DNA of 64,000 nucleotides from Nemertoderma westbladi (GCA_032718475.1 JAUCBJ010006790.1:672-64671); one strand, 5' to 3'; shown: positions 36,601 to 48,433, counted from the stretch's first letter. A program made the numbers and translations. The notes: generated by a model not told the origin, from the sequence alone.

Positions 36601-37108
36601 AGCGCAGATGCGTTGGTTACCATTTAAAGCGGGATATGGGTTTTGGGCGGTAGACCCATCGCATGTTGCGTACGAGCCATATCTACAATCGCTACCACAA
36701 TATCAGGAGCTCATCCTAACTGCTCAAGACCTTCCACAAAACACTGGAGTTATCGTAGTTCGAGAGTACTTCAGACAATTGAACATGGACAATAAGTACA
36801 CATGGAACTTCGTTGCTATTTGCGATCGCATCACGAAGGGTGTATTTACGGAGACTAGAAAAGTGGTACGCGCGCGAGGTGATTGGAGGATGGCGGCTAT
36901 ACAATACCGCAACGAATTCTTGTTGACTCATGTGCCAGTGGGTTCATTGACCGCCGAGAGGATACAGGAACAAAGGATCGCAGCGACCACAGCGACGACC
37001 GCTGGAGCTCAAGGCTCGCGGAAAGAACCAGGAGGAGGGGTCCAAGACAAGCGTCAAGTCAAGGACGATCACTACCATTCGATACCTAAAGAGGTGAGGT
37101 CTCTATAG
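33668..37108 (+). CDS. accessory ORF3 of element B: CxxC..CxxH N-terminal domain, DEDDy-like 3'-5' exonuclease, 3 CCHC zinc knuckles
   Basis: Intact 1146-aa ORF between pol and the 3' LTR. FYDNEG, KVGSGVQSD, FVDTKLL and YYLVLES resemble ExoI-III of WRN/EXD/Mut-7 nucleases. Knuckles CKLCGSTRHNLKSC, CRWCNETDHSFHTC and CGYCGVKGHRSARC. Confidence 0.8.
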   Translation: MERDIRAQPRRGFTAREEAELPFARPGCKDSNVYYHGRSVMELNGKYKPSYDKELRRERMRALGDRMEVLRREYRTRYPYDFALDVCDISADPDEEIARLYHMNMYLRHEEPLPAVRDQFDGMHLYRRTRGEDQETLKVFSVYKLFYKCGECMNKQDVAIPDRLDEQHPEPILTRCPAHQFLRYNEGGYPMSNPMISIDFSRKRPPRLITPTITTLDPYTEIKPCSTPSLIETAAAISLYRAYKDLEARREAARDSGTKPAGLELSSPWTTFTSPHRMRSLTPEHQDDIDALRQEERAAKAKELFENRIAEYNKTADRHQEETRRVTGFVPQVVSQPGPVYYSDGTEPAILVDHPESREAIRFLPMVRMADHWNVDCLREVLCAKFLRDVPMQITDYDTLDKIGAPGKESKLFGWLDKYIKVWVAVATFPDDEEVDQMWLRRKGSYTRYDDHKAIERMWTPSDEIQRQWRKTEESLQDWRVMFYDNEGGSHQECLTSKCIQIRAADGVTHVFMRVRADRERPEPIITTQYRKGKDPREQILEVCRRGGMHGAERIDARMLPKKVREAILNQDYVKVGSGVQSDLESDFNAMTDLEDRLPRPFVDTKLLLLWAQDIGIYREYPNSAKTGMGFIAHLLYNWDFKLKTQKKYEEAYGEYNTPPGAEFKSHFKRQALVYWNICAPPRASLQYYLVLESNTVTCLLADIVARVLKCHPLVFGGDQYVRSKGGIQSDVMKRFLTPFFNQSLENTSMIRRGLAIFEGVYRQNIGDLGDRPSMEYPTPEALEKWFGNQTRGFGTPFHSEADRPVKEGWPETLVEVFGVDLPVEKTYPKRTREEILEIEDKGEDVYFVPDRQPLTGEDDIVLDIGKEGSAKPIGDLIYERAWFPQARRCKLCGSTRHNLKSCDAVVEAAHKVCRWCNETDHSFHTCTVFISQCGYCGVKGHRSARCQLRDDSFQNHSANLLREMLDKWESVADYHIQAQMRWLPFKAGYGFWAVDPSHVAYEPYLQSLPQYQELILTAQDLPQNTGVIVVREYFRQLNMDNKYTWNFVAICDRITKGVFTETRKVVRARGDWRMAAIQYRNEFLLTHVPVGSLTAERIQEQRIAATTATTAGAQGSRKEPGGGVQDKRQVKDDHYHSIPKEVRSL

Positions 37109-37908
37109 GGGTGTCGAAAACAGGCGGCGGCGGACTCGTGAGGGTCTGGGGGCACGTTAAATTTGGTATATAGTGCAAGGGAGTCACTGAAGGCCCTCGT
37201 GTCTAGCGAACCATGAATTGCCATGGTGCCGTGGTTCCGTCTAGTCGGCATGTTGCCGTACTGCCAGTCCTGTACACAGTAGGGGTGGTGGCATGGCGTG
37301 ATTTGTGGTTCATGTGGTGTGAACTGTGATTTGTATGTGGGCGATCAGTGGCAGTTGCTTGGGGCTCGGATGGGTTTCCTTTGACCATCAGCTGTTCCGT
37401 TTTTTTGATACTATATGTTATTGTCTCCATGTTCAGCTGATTGGTTTTTGGGATTTGTTTGGGCCTTTGAGTTTTCTGTTGCTGTGGGTACGTGAGTACA
37501 CGTGATTGTATGTATGGCCACTGCGAGTGAGTGTGGGAAACCTTGCCAGTTGGCTCAGTCGCCGCTGGTATTAGTAGGACCATATTTTACTGCGCCCTAG
37601 CATACTTTGTGCACACAAAGTTATTTTGCCCTGACGGCAAAATAAGGTACTCTCGACTCTCATGTTCTCTCTAGTCGATACAACTAGTCCCTCTCGATTT
37701 TGACACCGATTTTGTCTTTCCCGATTATGTCCTCTGTGTGTGCATGGTATGTGTCCAATTTGTGTACTTGATATTGTGAACATCTGTTGAGTACACGTGT
37801 ACAGTGACTGGTAAGTGGTTACTTGTTCAGTAGCTTTTGAGCTACAGACAGTATTGTTTTTTCAGGTGAAAACGAGTCAAAATTCCATGTTGGGTAGCGC
37901 AAGCCCAC

Positions 37909-38517
37909 ATGGGACAAGACCGTCGGTTAGGCCCAAGGGCGACCTTGGTGCTCGATCGCTATCGACTGGTCCACCTGCCGGTTGACTCTCTGAGTTGGCT
38001 CAATGTACAGTCAGGCCACAGTAAGTTGACAGTAGCCGACCATCTGGCTACACGTTCGACGAGCTGTGCCGGTGTGATCGGGGAATTGAAAATTGAACCC
38101 GGGAAGCATCGGGCCATCCCCCGGCCCGGTCTGATAATAACATCAGTCGGACTGGCCCCAGGGGTGGTGGAAAGGTGTCCGCCTCGTGGGTGCGCCTCGG
38201 GGAGGAGCCCAGAAGGACACAAGCGTATAGAAGCGCAACGATTGCAGCGTAAGGCGCAGGGAGCGTCGGAGAAGGCGCGAGCGCAACTGCATAAGGAAGA
38301 GTTGGCGGAAGCGACCACGGGAGCGCGACAATTGGGACGAGGCCGAGGGAGAAGTACCAGCCGAGAATCTGTCGGGGCTGAGGGAACGTCGTCGCCGGTT
38401 CCGGGGAGTGACGCCTCACGGACGCCGTCAACGGAGTCGACTGGAGGTAGATTAGTGTATCTGGGAAGGGGGCGGAAGAGAGGAGCGAGCCCAAAGAACC
38501 CAGGAGCGGGTCGATAA
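37909..38517 (+). CDS. possible small basic, RG-rich accessory ORF/exon of B
   Basis: 202-aa ORF with GRGRGR and GRGRKRG, preceded by acceptor-like TTTTTTTCAG (~37856-37865). No recognisable domain. Confidence 0.4.
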   Translation: MGQDRRLGPRATLVLDRYRLVHLPVDSLSWLNVQSGHSKLTVADHLATRSTSCAGVIGELKIEPGKHRAIPRPGLIITSVGLAPGVVERCPPRGCASGRSPEGHKRIEAQRLQRKAQGASEKARAQLHKEELAEATTGARQLGRGRGRSTSRESVGAEGTSSPVPGSDASRTPSTESTGGRLVYLGRGRKRGASPKNPGAGR

Positions 38518-39010
38518 TACATTATAGCACAGGGCGACAGACTCTAGATATATACATCATCGTCGCTCTGATGTATGTTGTAGCATTTGGAAATCTTCGA
38601 CTAGACTCGTATACACTAGTTGAGCTATTTGAATTTATATTATGAAAGAGGCGAAGGAAGTGATTGGGGAGACAAACCTGCGGGTTTGGCTTACTCCTTT
38701 CACTTGCCCTATCAAATTTTTATATATTTGATTTTGTATGTAGTAATCATTATGTAGTAGAACGAAAGAGAAACAATATTTTGTAAATTTAATTTGTATG
38801 TAATAATCGTTAAACAGTGAGAGAGATAATATTTGTAAATTTAATTTGTATGTAATTCATTATGCAATATCTATAGCAATATTTGTAAATAGTAGGACCT
38901 ATAGTATCAAGTATTTAGATTGGTTGGAAGAAATTTATTTTGTTTTGTATACATCACCTTATACTCTTCTACAATTGGAGGGAAACATTGTATGATTTCC
39001 CTTGGAGCGG

Positions 39011-41204
39011 TGTTACGGTATATGGCGCTGTATCCATATTATTAGTCATCATGCAGTATGTAATATTAGTCCGTTATGCAGTATGCAATATTAGTCCGTT
39101 ATACTGTACGTAATATTAGTCCATTGTGCAGCATGATATTTTAGATAAGGCATAATAACGCAGTGGTATTTAGGTAGGGAAATCAAAACGCCCATATATT
39201 TGAAACCATCCATTTTGTATAGTATGTAGCCCTACCTACGTAATTTTGTATTAGGATATATGTAGATAGTTCCAGGGTAGCGAGTTTATTCGGACCCTGG
39301 ATTTTGTGCTTGCTGATATTAGTTTGATAGGGCTAGCATATAGGGACGCCGTCCTGGCCATTCAGCAGCCAGAGACGTGAACCATTACCATATATGGTAA
39401 TAATTTGAGCAATAGGGCTACAATCCGGCCTCCTTATTGGATTAACTGCTTCCAGGTTGGTCTAATGCTAGCATGGACTGGAGAGCCAATAGGAGAGCGA
39501 TTGAGTCACCCTATTGAATCATCCCATCCGGATCACCTATAAATTGGCGGTGTGCCGGTAGAGCCTATCAATCGATTCAACCTTCACTGCTGTTGTACTT
39601 GCTGAGCTGTCTCTATTCAATTTTGACGGATTTTAGAGTATTTTTGCAATTTGATTAATTTCTTGAAATGATTTGCTAGTGCGATTACTCTTGCTTGTGT
39701 TTCTCAATTAATTCCTTCGATTACTGCTAATTACAACTGAACTATGATTTCTACTTTTGATTAATGGTTCTATGTGATTCTTTCCTGCGCAATAATCCTA
39801 AGGGATTTCTGAGACTGTCAGACTTTGTGATTTGCATGCGCCGCTACGGTAGCTATTAGCGTAATGGAGGGCTAAGGCGCCAGCGGGCGGTGGGCACATC
39901 GGGGGGTTGGGCGACTAAGGGAGAGCGGAGGATTCAAAGCGAGCAACGCTGGCATGGGGTCACCGTTGCGGTCGGGAAGTTAACGCTGTGGTACGCAGAC
40001 CAATCGCCGGTACGGTAATTAGGGGGCTGATGATCCAGGTTTCGTCTCTATTTAGTATTAGGGGGGCAGGAATCAGGTTAGTTAGGAGTCCTATATGTAC
40101 CCGGGAGAGGCCTGCACGTATCATAACGTTTCGAACGTTGAGCGTGTAGTACGAATAGTGAGTCGCATAATTGTGGGCTATACAGTAGTTAACTGCATAA
40201 TTGCGAACTGTGATTGCTGACGCTGATTGGTGTGTTACTGAAGTGTGCCTATGATTGTGAATGTTTAGGTAGGCGCTCTTTTCTCTTTGATTGATTTCTA
40301 TTTCTTAGTTACAACAATTAGTTACTGATTAGGTCAAAGTAATACGGCAATTTAGGCTATTACTAGCGAAACCTGTTGCGTGATAAATTAGAATTACGTA
40401 TTCTGGAACTCTTAGTAATTAGTACGCTGTTAAATATTTGTGACTGTAATTGATTAGTAAAATTAAGAATTAGTACGCAGCATAGCGGAGAGTAGCTAAA
40501 GTAATAATTAAGAGTACTGTAAACTATTCGCGCTGAGCGGTTATTTGCATTAGCGGACAATCAGCTAGAACGCACTATTCGGTACGCACGAAACGCTAGT
40601 GATTTGCTGGCCTAAAGCCAGCTGCAGGCAATTTTAGACCCAGAGTGGTACTATCCACGAGAGACAATTACTGTACCATTTTTGATATTTTAAATATTCT
40701 CGCATTCACACATTACGTTAGAGAAACCCCCAGTATTCGCGATTAGAAAAGACGTAGGTAATAGCGTGCTTTAATAGTGATAGAATTAGGCGTAAGAATA
40801 CTCTGAGTGCAAGGCCTCTCGCACTCGTCTTAAGTAAGCTTAGGGAGCCGACTCGGGTTTATTGTTTTGGTTATTCCTGCGTGGCTCATAGATTCGAACA
40901 GTTAGCTCTCTATTGAGCAATCGGTAGAGAAAGGAACAAGCGATTTTGCAGGAGTTGTGTAAAATTAGTAAATATATTAGCGGACGGCAGATTAGCGCCA
41001 TCCAACGGTAAGTAGCGGTTTTGTATTTAGCAACCTTTACAATTTAGTAATATCACGCTCCTGATCCCCTTTACTTAACAGTAGAGCAGTCTTTGTGTCT
41101 TATTGGTTAGGCGAGAGCTCATTAGGTTGGCAGAAGGATATTAACGGGTATTGGTCTGTTCAACAGTTCTGCTGTTAGTATAGAGGTCGCGGTTGTTTAT
41201 CAGT
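39011..41204 (+). repeat. 3' LTR of element B (truncated)
   Basis: Follows PPT-like GGAGCGG and matches 18831-21024. Ends abruptly at the junction with the leader of A. Confidence 0.8.
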
Positions 41205-42194
41205 AGGGATAAACTTGGGGATATGAATGTTGCGAATAATCGCATAAACTCTGAATAATAAATATTACGCTACGCACACAGACTACTCAAACAAAATGCA
41301 GACCAAATACTGACAGACTACTATCAAGCCTAAACAAACTACGGTATATGCAGACTCCGAAATGGTTAGTTAGTATGCGTTCTAACCGAGTAGTACGACT
41401 TATTCTTTCAGAGGGGGTTTACCTCACAGCACTGGAAGCCCCTACGTTCCTAACGGGCACTTTATCGGACATACACTCTACACACAACGCAATCCTTCAG
41501 ACCTAACAACAGCCAGGCAAAATCCAGCCTACAAATTATCTAAATAAGAAATATTACGCTACCCGTACAGACTACATAAACAAAATACAGACCAAACGCT
41601 GGCAGACTACTATCAAGCCTAAATAAACTACAGTATATGCAGACTCCGAAATGGTTAGTTAGTATGCGTTCTAATCTAGTAGTACGACTTATTCTTTCAA
41701 AGGGGGTTTACCTCACAGCACTTGAAGCCCCTACGTTCCTAACTAGCACTTTATCGGACAGATGCTCTACACTACACACACTGCAATCCATTCAGACTTA
41801 ACAACAGTCAGACAACTATCCAGCCTACAAATTATCTGTACAATCTGGGCAGGCTTACACGGCCTTCTACTCAATATCAACTTACAGGCAAATAAAACTA
41901 ACAGAAATAAGTAAACTATACAAAGGAATGAGGGGTGATCAATCCCTAATCCCCTAGCAGCCTACAATATACAATATCACAATCGAAATAGTACTGCTGT
42001 ACCTGTACTGTTGTAAGTACCGGTCCGGGTGATCAGGCAGTCAGGCCTACTGGTCACCGGTCGACCGGTACTTTCGACGACTCGATTGCTTACGCCGCAA
42101 TCAGAAGTTTAACAAACTGTTATTGTTCTTACCAGAACAATATTAAACTGTATTTATTGCCTACACTGCAATCAAGAATTTTACAAACTGTTAT

Positions 42195-43408
42195 TGTTCG
42201 CGCTTTTAAGACCTTTGGCAGTTTAACCCGCCAAATCTATATGTCTTCTAGGTTATAAATCTACTTTAGCCTAGGACAAGTATTGAACACCTATAATAAT
42301 TCTAACATTAGCCGAAGCCAGTCTGTGCGCGACCATTCACCCGCTGGATATACCCGGGAGACTGGATTCGGATGCTTTAATTTGATTGCGGTGCAGGCCT
42401 ACCGTACTATTCGATTGATCATTAATATATAATCTCTGACAAATATTATTCACTTTCGGGAAATATTAGAAGTTCCTTTAGGACGTGGCGCTCTATCTAT
42501 TTAAACAGAGCTATGACTTACACTATACACAACGGTATGTCTTATAGATCACCAAAGTGCATTCTTTAGGAAATGCTTTGTTACTCGGTCAAGCACACAC
42601 AGACTATTGCACACAACTGCACACTGAATTGCCGATATTCACTGATTTTAATCATATATAAAGAGAATAACAACCGACATTTGTAGGGCCTATTAAGTAG
42701 CATTGAACTCATTACAAACCACGATAATGTATGTCGCAAATTGTTATATGTAACCGGTCTCTCTAACCTTAGTGTATCAAGAAGATTGGGGTTTCGGATC
42801 GTTATCAATATTCTTCCCAATAATAATATGTAAACGAACGATACAATTAACAACACAGTAAATAGCAGTAAATAATGCGGCGAAAAGCAGTTTACGTCAG
42901 GGTGCTTAATCAGGTGCCTGACAAGCAAGAGTACTTAACCAAAATAACAGTTTGATGATCTTATAATTAAAGACGCTCTAATGTTAGAAAACATTCCACG
43001 GCCGGTGTTCTTAGGCGTGGGGGAAACGTCAGTACTGAATCATGGGATTCTGCTGTACAGCTTTTACACAAAGGGAAAATCTCTGATTGGTCGAACTGAC
43101 GTGGACACTGCTGATAGATGTCGTCATTTGAGCTGAGCAGAACAAAGAACCAAGGCTCCGTGCAGAGGCTCCACGTGTACAGCTCAGCTATTAGCTGTCG
43201 TCATAGTAACTACACTGTTTCAAGAGTATTTCGGCTTTTGCGTCATAGAATTGCTAATTATGTCCGCTAAAGTACACATACAGAATGAATGGCCTTTTAT
43301 GTCCACTAAAACACTGGTACAGTAAGGAAACGGCTTTTATGTCCGTTAAAACACCTACAGAGTACTTTACGGGGAAAATAACCAGCTAATTCCGCAAAAG
43401 CTTTTACA
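42195..43408 (-). repeat. complete 5' LTR of element A (~1.2 kb)
   Basis: TGTT...TACA ends with TSD on the right. Adjacent 41203-42194 is homologous to the leader of C (57970-58652). Confidence 0.9.
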
Positions 43409-44361
43409 GTAATGGTGGACAATTCAAGCATGGCCCTGAATCGCCTTAAAGGAATCCTGAAAAGGCTTAATACCCAACCTGACCTTAAGGACCAATATAA
43501 TGAAGTAATGGCTGGGTACTTAAAAAACGGATTGACAGAGTTGGTACCAGATGAAGAGATTAAAGGATCCTCCAGAACATACTACTTACCAACACACTAC
43601 GTGATAGAAAAGCGTAAGGCTGGTAAGATGAGAGTCGTTAATGACGCCACGGCCTCCTTCCAAGGTGAATCCCTACACAGCCAGTTATACACCGGACCAA
43701 ACATCTATAGCAACCTGGTTGGCGTATTGCTTAGATTCAGGCTCAGAACAAGGTGGCTTTTACATGCGACATCAAATCTATGTTTCATCAGGTACGCACA
43801 CTAGACAGAGACTCTGACAGCTTGCGGATACTATGGACCAACAAGACACTTAATATCTCAGAAATAAACAGCCTCACGCTGAATGATGTTGACATCTTAA
43901 TAATGGTGGTACGTATCTTCAGTGCAAAAGACTCGCCAGTCGTGTGCAGTGATATGATTAAGAAAACTGCGGATATGCTGGAAGATAAATATGATCCCAG
44001 TGAAATCAGTCGTCACGCCAACTGGAAGAAATCGCAAGCGTTGGCAGCACACTGGTGGAGGGTATGGTTGCACGAATTTCTGATAACACTCAGAACCCGC
44101 CGGAAATGGAATCACATTCACCGAATCATCGCGGTTGGAGATATGGTGCTTGTCAAAGATGAACTGAAAGATCGTGTTCATTGGCCTGTGGCGCGTGTTA
44201 CCAAGATTTTCCCCGGAAAAGTCGGTCTCACCCGCACCGTGATGATCCAAACATCAAAGGGCCACTACGATCGCCCGATCCAAGCTTTATGTTTACTAGA
44301 AGCAGTTTGTGATGACGTTGTAGAGTGCCCTGCCAAGGGCCACTACGATCACCCAATCTAA
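43409..44361 (+). pseudogene. BEL/Pao element H, 3' part: RT start fused by deletion to integrase C-terminus
   Basis: DNSSMALNRL, YYLPTHYV and DIKSMFHQV, then directly WWRVWLHEFL...RPIQALCLL. Confidence 0.85.
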
Positions 44362-44790
44362 ACTTTATATTTACTAGAAGCAGTCGGTGATGACGTTGTA
44401 GAGTACCCTGAAAAGAAACACTACGACCACCAAATCCAGACTTTGTGTCCTCTCAAGGATGACCGTAAAATAAAGTAAAGGAGTCAATCAAATAAACTGA
44501 GTATTCACATACTATAATGTTGATGAAAATAATGGTGATTTAATGACAACGATTATGGACTTTCTTTGACACCCTGTTACCACGCACCTGATTTGGAATT
44601 CATTTTCCTCGTGTGATGTATGAAAAGTCCAGCGTCACCCTGCGGAATGCATCTGCGCAGACTGCAGGGTGGTTTATGTTGACGATGTACAGCTGGATTT
44701 AATGGAAATTTGTTGAATGGATATGTTAACCTCAAAAATATTTATTATGGATTTCATTGTAATCATCGCGTTGGTTTTCACTCTAGGTGC

Positions 44791-45016
44791 GGGCCCTGGA
44801 GCAGTGTAACGAGCCCGCTGCTCTCGTTGAGTTTGTCTTCCTTCCTACGTGTTGTTTTGTTCCCGATGGTTTTCTTTCTGGGGATGGCCCTGGAGCGGTG
44901 TAACGAGCCCGCTGCCATCTCTAGTTTGATTTCTGTCCTTCATGTTATCATTGTTCCGTTGAGTCTTCATACCGGGGATGGCCCTGGAGCGGTGTAACGA
45001 GCCCACTGCCATTTCC
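44791..45016 (+). repeat. three ~35-40-bp direct repeats with dissimilar spacers (period ~94 bp)
   Basis: GGCCCTGGAGCGGTGTAACGAGCCCGCTG (with single changes) at ~44792, ~44886 and ~44980. Confidence 0.85.
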
Positions 45017-46594
45017 AACTTGATTTCCCAACAACCTATGTACAATATGTTTGTCCCGAGGATGAAATATCTAAAAAGACAAAAAAAAGGTGTATAATGA
45101 GATAAAAAGGAATATAAAAAGGAAAAAAATGATTTGAAAAAGAAAAAGAAAAAAAGGCGTATAATGCGATGGAAAATAAATATAAAAAGAAAATATTGAA
45201 GTGAAAAAGATAATGATAAAAAAGATAGAAATAAAGAAATACGAAAGAACGGACAAAAGAAGTCATAAATAAAAGGACATAAAAAGTAGATCTTAGTAGA
45301 AATAGGGTTGTACTGTACAGTACAACAGTAATATATATTATTACAACAAACAAATACAAACACTAAAAAACACAAAACAAACAATGGCTGTAATACCCAC
45401 CACCAGGAAACAATCATACTTTAAAAATAACTTTTAGGTAGGAGTGGGAAAAGTCCAACAATATATTATTTACAGGTTTATTTACATGGCCAATGTTGGG
45501 AGACCGGCCCCGTCCTCAAATCCCAGACCACTACGTCACCTCGTGCGAGATCCACGCAGGCAGTGGGACATAAAGGACATAAAAAGTAATTTTGAATGTT
45601 AATTGAAAGCTTATGAATTAATGTGGAAAGTACTACTGGCCTCCAAACCAGCAATAAACCTAATTCAGCAATGCATAACAGGAAAGACAGTTGCTGAGGA
45701 ATCAGTATTTCCAGACCTTTGATTTCTTGATTTCGTAACTTTCCTATTTCACCTGCAACAAATTAACTAAATTACAGTCCCGCTCTCAAAAAGCATTCCT
45801 TTGATCAAACTTTGATGAAACATTGATCAAAATGTGCCCATAGAATAGCATTGAAAGTATATAGCAGTGACATTGAAATGACACTGATGGTATATTGAAA
45901 TGACCTTGAAATCGACGGACCGAAATTCCAGACTTTCTGTCTCATATTGAAATGACATTGAAATGTTTAACAGTTTACATCTCGCTTCTGCGGCAAGCCT
46001 TTGTACTCAGATTCCCGCCGAGAACTGGCTTTTATTGCTAATGGCCAAGTCGCTATGTGATTGACATCAGGGCGACGGATGGAGCGTGCTTGATTTTGTG
46101 GATGGACATCGATTAGATTTACAAGGTAGGGCTGTATTGTGGTAGTGTCCCAGACTGAGTCTTGTAGGGCCTATTATTACACTAAACAACTAGTTCAGAA
46201 AAACTTTTTTTGGAATATTTTTGAATTATTGCTTATTATAAATTTGTTTTAATGTTCCTTAAATCAGAATCAAGGCCAAAGACCTTCATTGGCCAGCGCG
46301 ATGACTGCCGTTGCATTGTATTTTCTTATACAGTAATTGTTTAAATTCGACAAGCTTGCCCTCTGCCCCTGTGTCTAATTTTCATAATAAATGTAAATAA
46401 AGAAATAAATAAATCCATAAAATCTATTTTTATTTATAATTTGATTATACATAACTGCTTTGTGATCATAAAAAATTCACGTAAGTTGGAAATTGCAAGC
46501 TAGAAATGTAGGCCTACGTAATGAGCGGACACCATCAAAAATCTTCTAAAAAATTTATGTAATTTGATTTTAATACTCTATCTGATGAGGTATT

Positions 46595-48433
46595 TGTTCG
46601 CGCTTTTAGACCTTTAGCAGTTTAACCTGCCAATTTTAGTTGTCTTTTTGTTTATAAATCGACTTTAGCCTATATCGATTATTTAATGTATTCTTGTATT
46701 CTTGTATATATATTTAGCGATTTAAAATTCACACGGTAGAACTCGTAGAGCACACCAAATTAAGTACATAAACCTAAAAACTGCAGTATATCAAATAATT
46801 AAGTACGGGCCTACAGTTGTAAAAATTACGCAAATAAGGCACAAAATGCACATAACTAATAATGAGAAAAAAAAAAACATTATAGTAAAAATATACATTG
46901 TATACAAATTGTGCAAAAACTGGCTAATTCTTCTGTTTAAATGGACAATGCAATGAAAGAAATGTAGTCCATTTAATTTATTTTAATACTTGTACCTTAG
47001 TTAGGGAGTTTGACTGGATAGGTCTCGAGTCAGTGTATCCAGGCGAGCCTGGACAATCTGGGACGGTGTAAAGATATGCATCAAGATGCTTTTTAAAAGT
47101 CTCCAGTGCGCAGCCTGTCAAGTCTCTTATATGTTTTGGGATGGTGTTAAATAATTTAGGTCCAATAACACAAAAACTGTTGTCTATAAGAGAGGAGACG
47201 CGACATGTAGCCTTACTTGCAAGGGACGGTATGGTACAAAGTCGACCTCTGCGGATGTTTTTTGTAGATTTAATTTTATAGGTTAGATCTGAAATATTTG
47301 GAACTCTATTTTCGATAATTTTCCATGTATATATTATTATATACAATATATTAATGTAATGAAGTTACATCCACCGAAGCCAGTCTGTGCGCGACCATTC
47401 ACGCACAGTTAAGGGAGACTGGATTCGGGTGCTTTGACGTTATTGCGTTGTAGACCTACTGTATTATTCGATTGATCGTTTACTATATAATCTCTGACAA
47501 TATATTTACTTTTGGGGAAATATTAACAGTTCCTTTAGGACGTGGCACTTTAAGTATAAAAACAGAGTTAAGACTTATACTAATCACAACTAGATGGCTA
47601 CTGAGTTTCGTAAAAAGCGCATTCTTTAGGAGATGCTTTATTAACCTTCACACTACTTCACACTACTTCACACTACTTCACACTGATCTGCCGACCATCA
47701 CTGAATTTGATCATATATAAGGAGGATCGCAACTGACACATGTAGGGATTATGAAATAGCATTTAATTCACACATAAAACAACTATAATGTAAGTCGCAG
47801 TTGCTACCGGTAAACCTGTTCCTCTAACCTTCAGTAATCAAGAAGATTGTGGGGTTTTATGATTATTCATCGGTATTCTCCAAATATATCAGCAATATAC
47901 ATTAACATAACACCAATTAATAACAGAAGCAAATAATGGGGTGAACAGTCAGTATGTGTTACTTATGCAGAGTTCCATGAGCAGCAATGTTCAATATGTG
48001 ATTCGCGTGATGCGTTAATAGTTTTACGTTCTTGTAATCAAAGCCATCAGATCTTTAGGCCAAAGTCTGAAACTTCCACAATCAGAAGTACAGAAGACTT
48101 CCAAGCAGTTCTCTCGCTCAGAAAGGTAAACAAAGACCGTAATGCATTGCGCAGTTTTACATAGGCCCTTGTTCAACATAAAGTGAAAATCGCTCTGATT
48201 GGCTGAGTAGAACAAAGAGGTTCCACATTTACAGAAAATCAGCTGACAGATTTCGTCATCTGAGCTCCAGTCTTTTAGAGTATTAGGCGCATTGCGGCAA
48301 AAATGACTTGTTATGTCCGCTAAATCACCTACACGGTACATTGCGGAGAAAAATGACTTGTTATGTCCGCTAAAGTACCTACACGGTACATTGCGGAGAA
48401 AAATGACTTGTTATGTCCGCAAAAGCTTTTACA
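46595..48433 (-). repeat. 3' LTR of C, interrupted by a LINE fragment
   Basis: Matches 58653-59812 apart from the 46691-47350 insertion. Confidence 0.9.
46691..47350 (-). mobile_element. 5'-truncated CR1-like LINE 3' end
   Basis: YIIIYTWKIIE...RRGRLC...GPKLFNTIP...FKKHLD peptide, (TACAAGAA)n tail and approximate TSD TTAATGTA. Confidence 0.8.

Larger units (their letters stand above)
17707..43408 (-). mobile_element. LTR retrotransposon A (BEL-related, same family as C), interior replaced by element B
   Basis: TG...CA ends and 5-bp TSD GTAAT (17702-17706 / 43409-43413). LTRs and leader are homologous to minus-strand element C. Confidence 0.85.

Noticed and set aside
33668-37108. env gene
   Set aside because: No signal peptide, transmembrane anchor or Cys-rich glycoprotein pattern is visible.
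44791-45016. CRISPR array
   Set aside because: Only three repeats, long low-complexity spacers, eukaryotic TE context and no cas genes.
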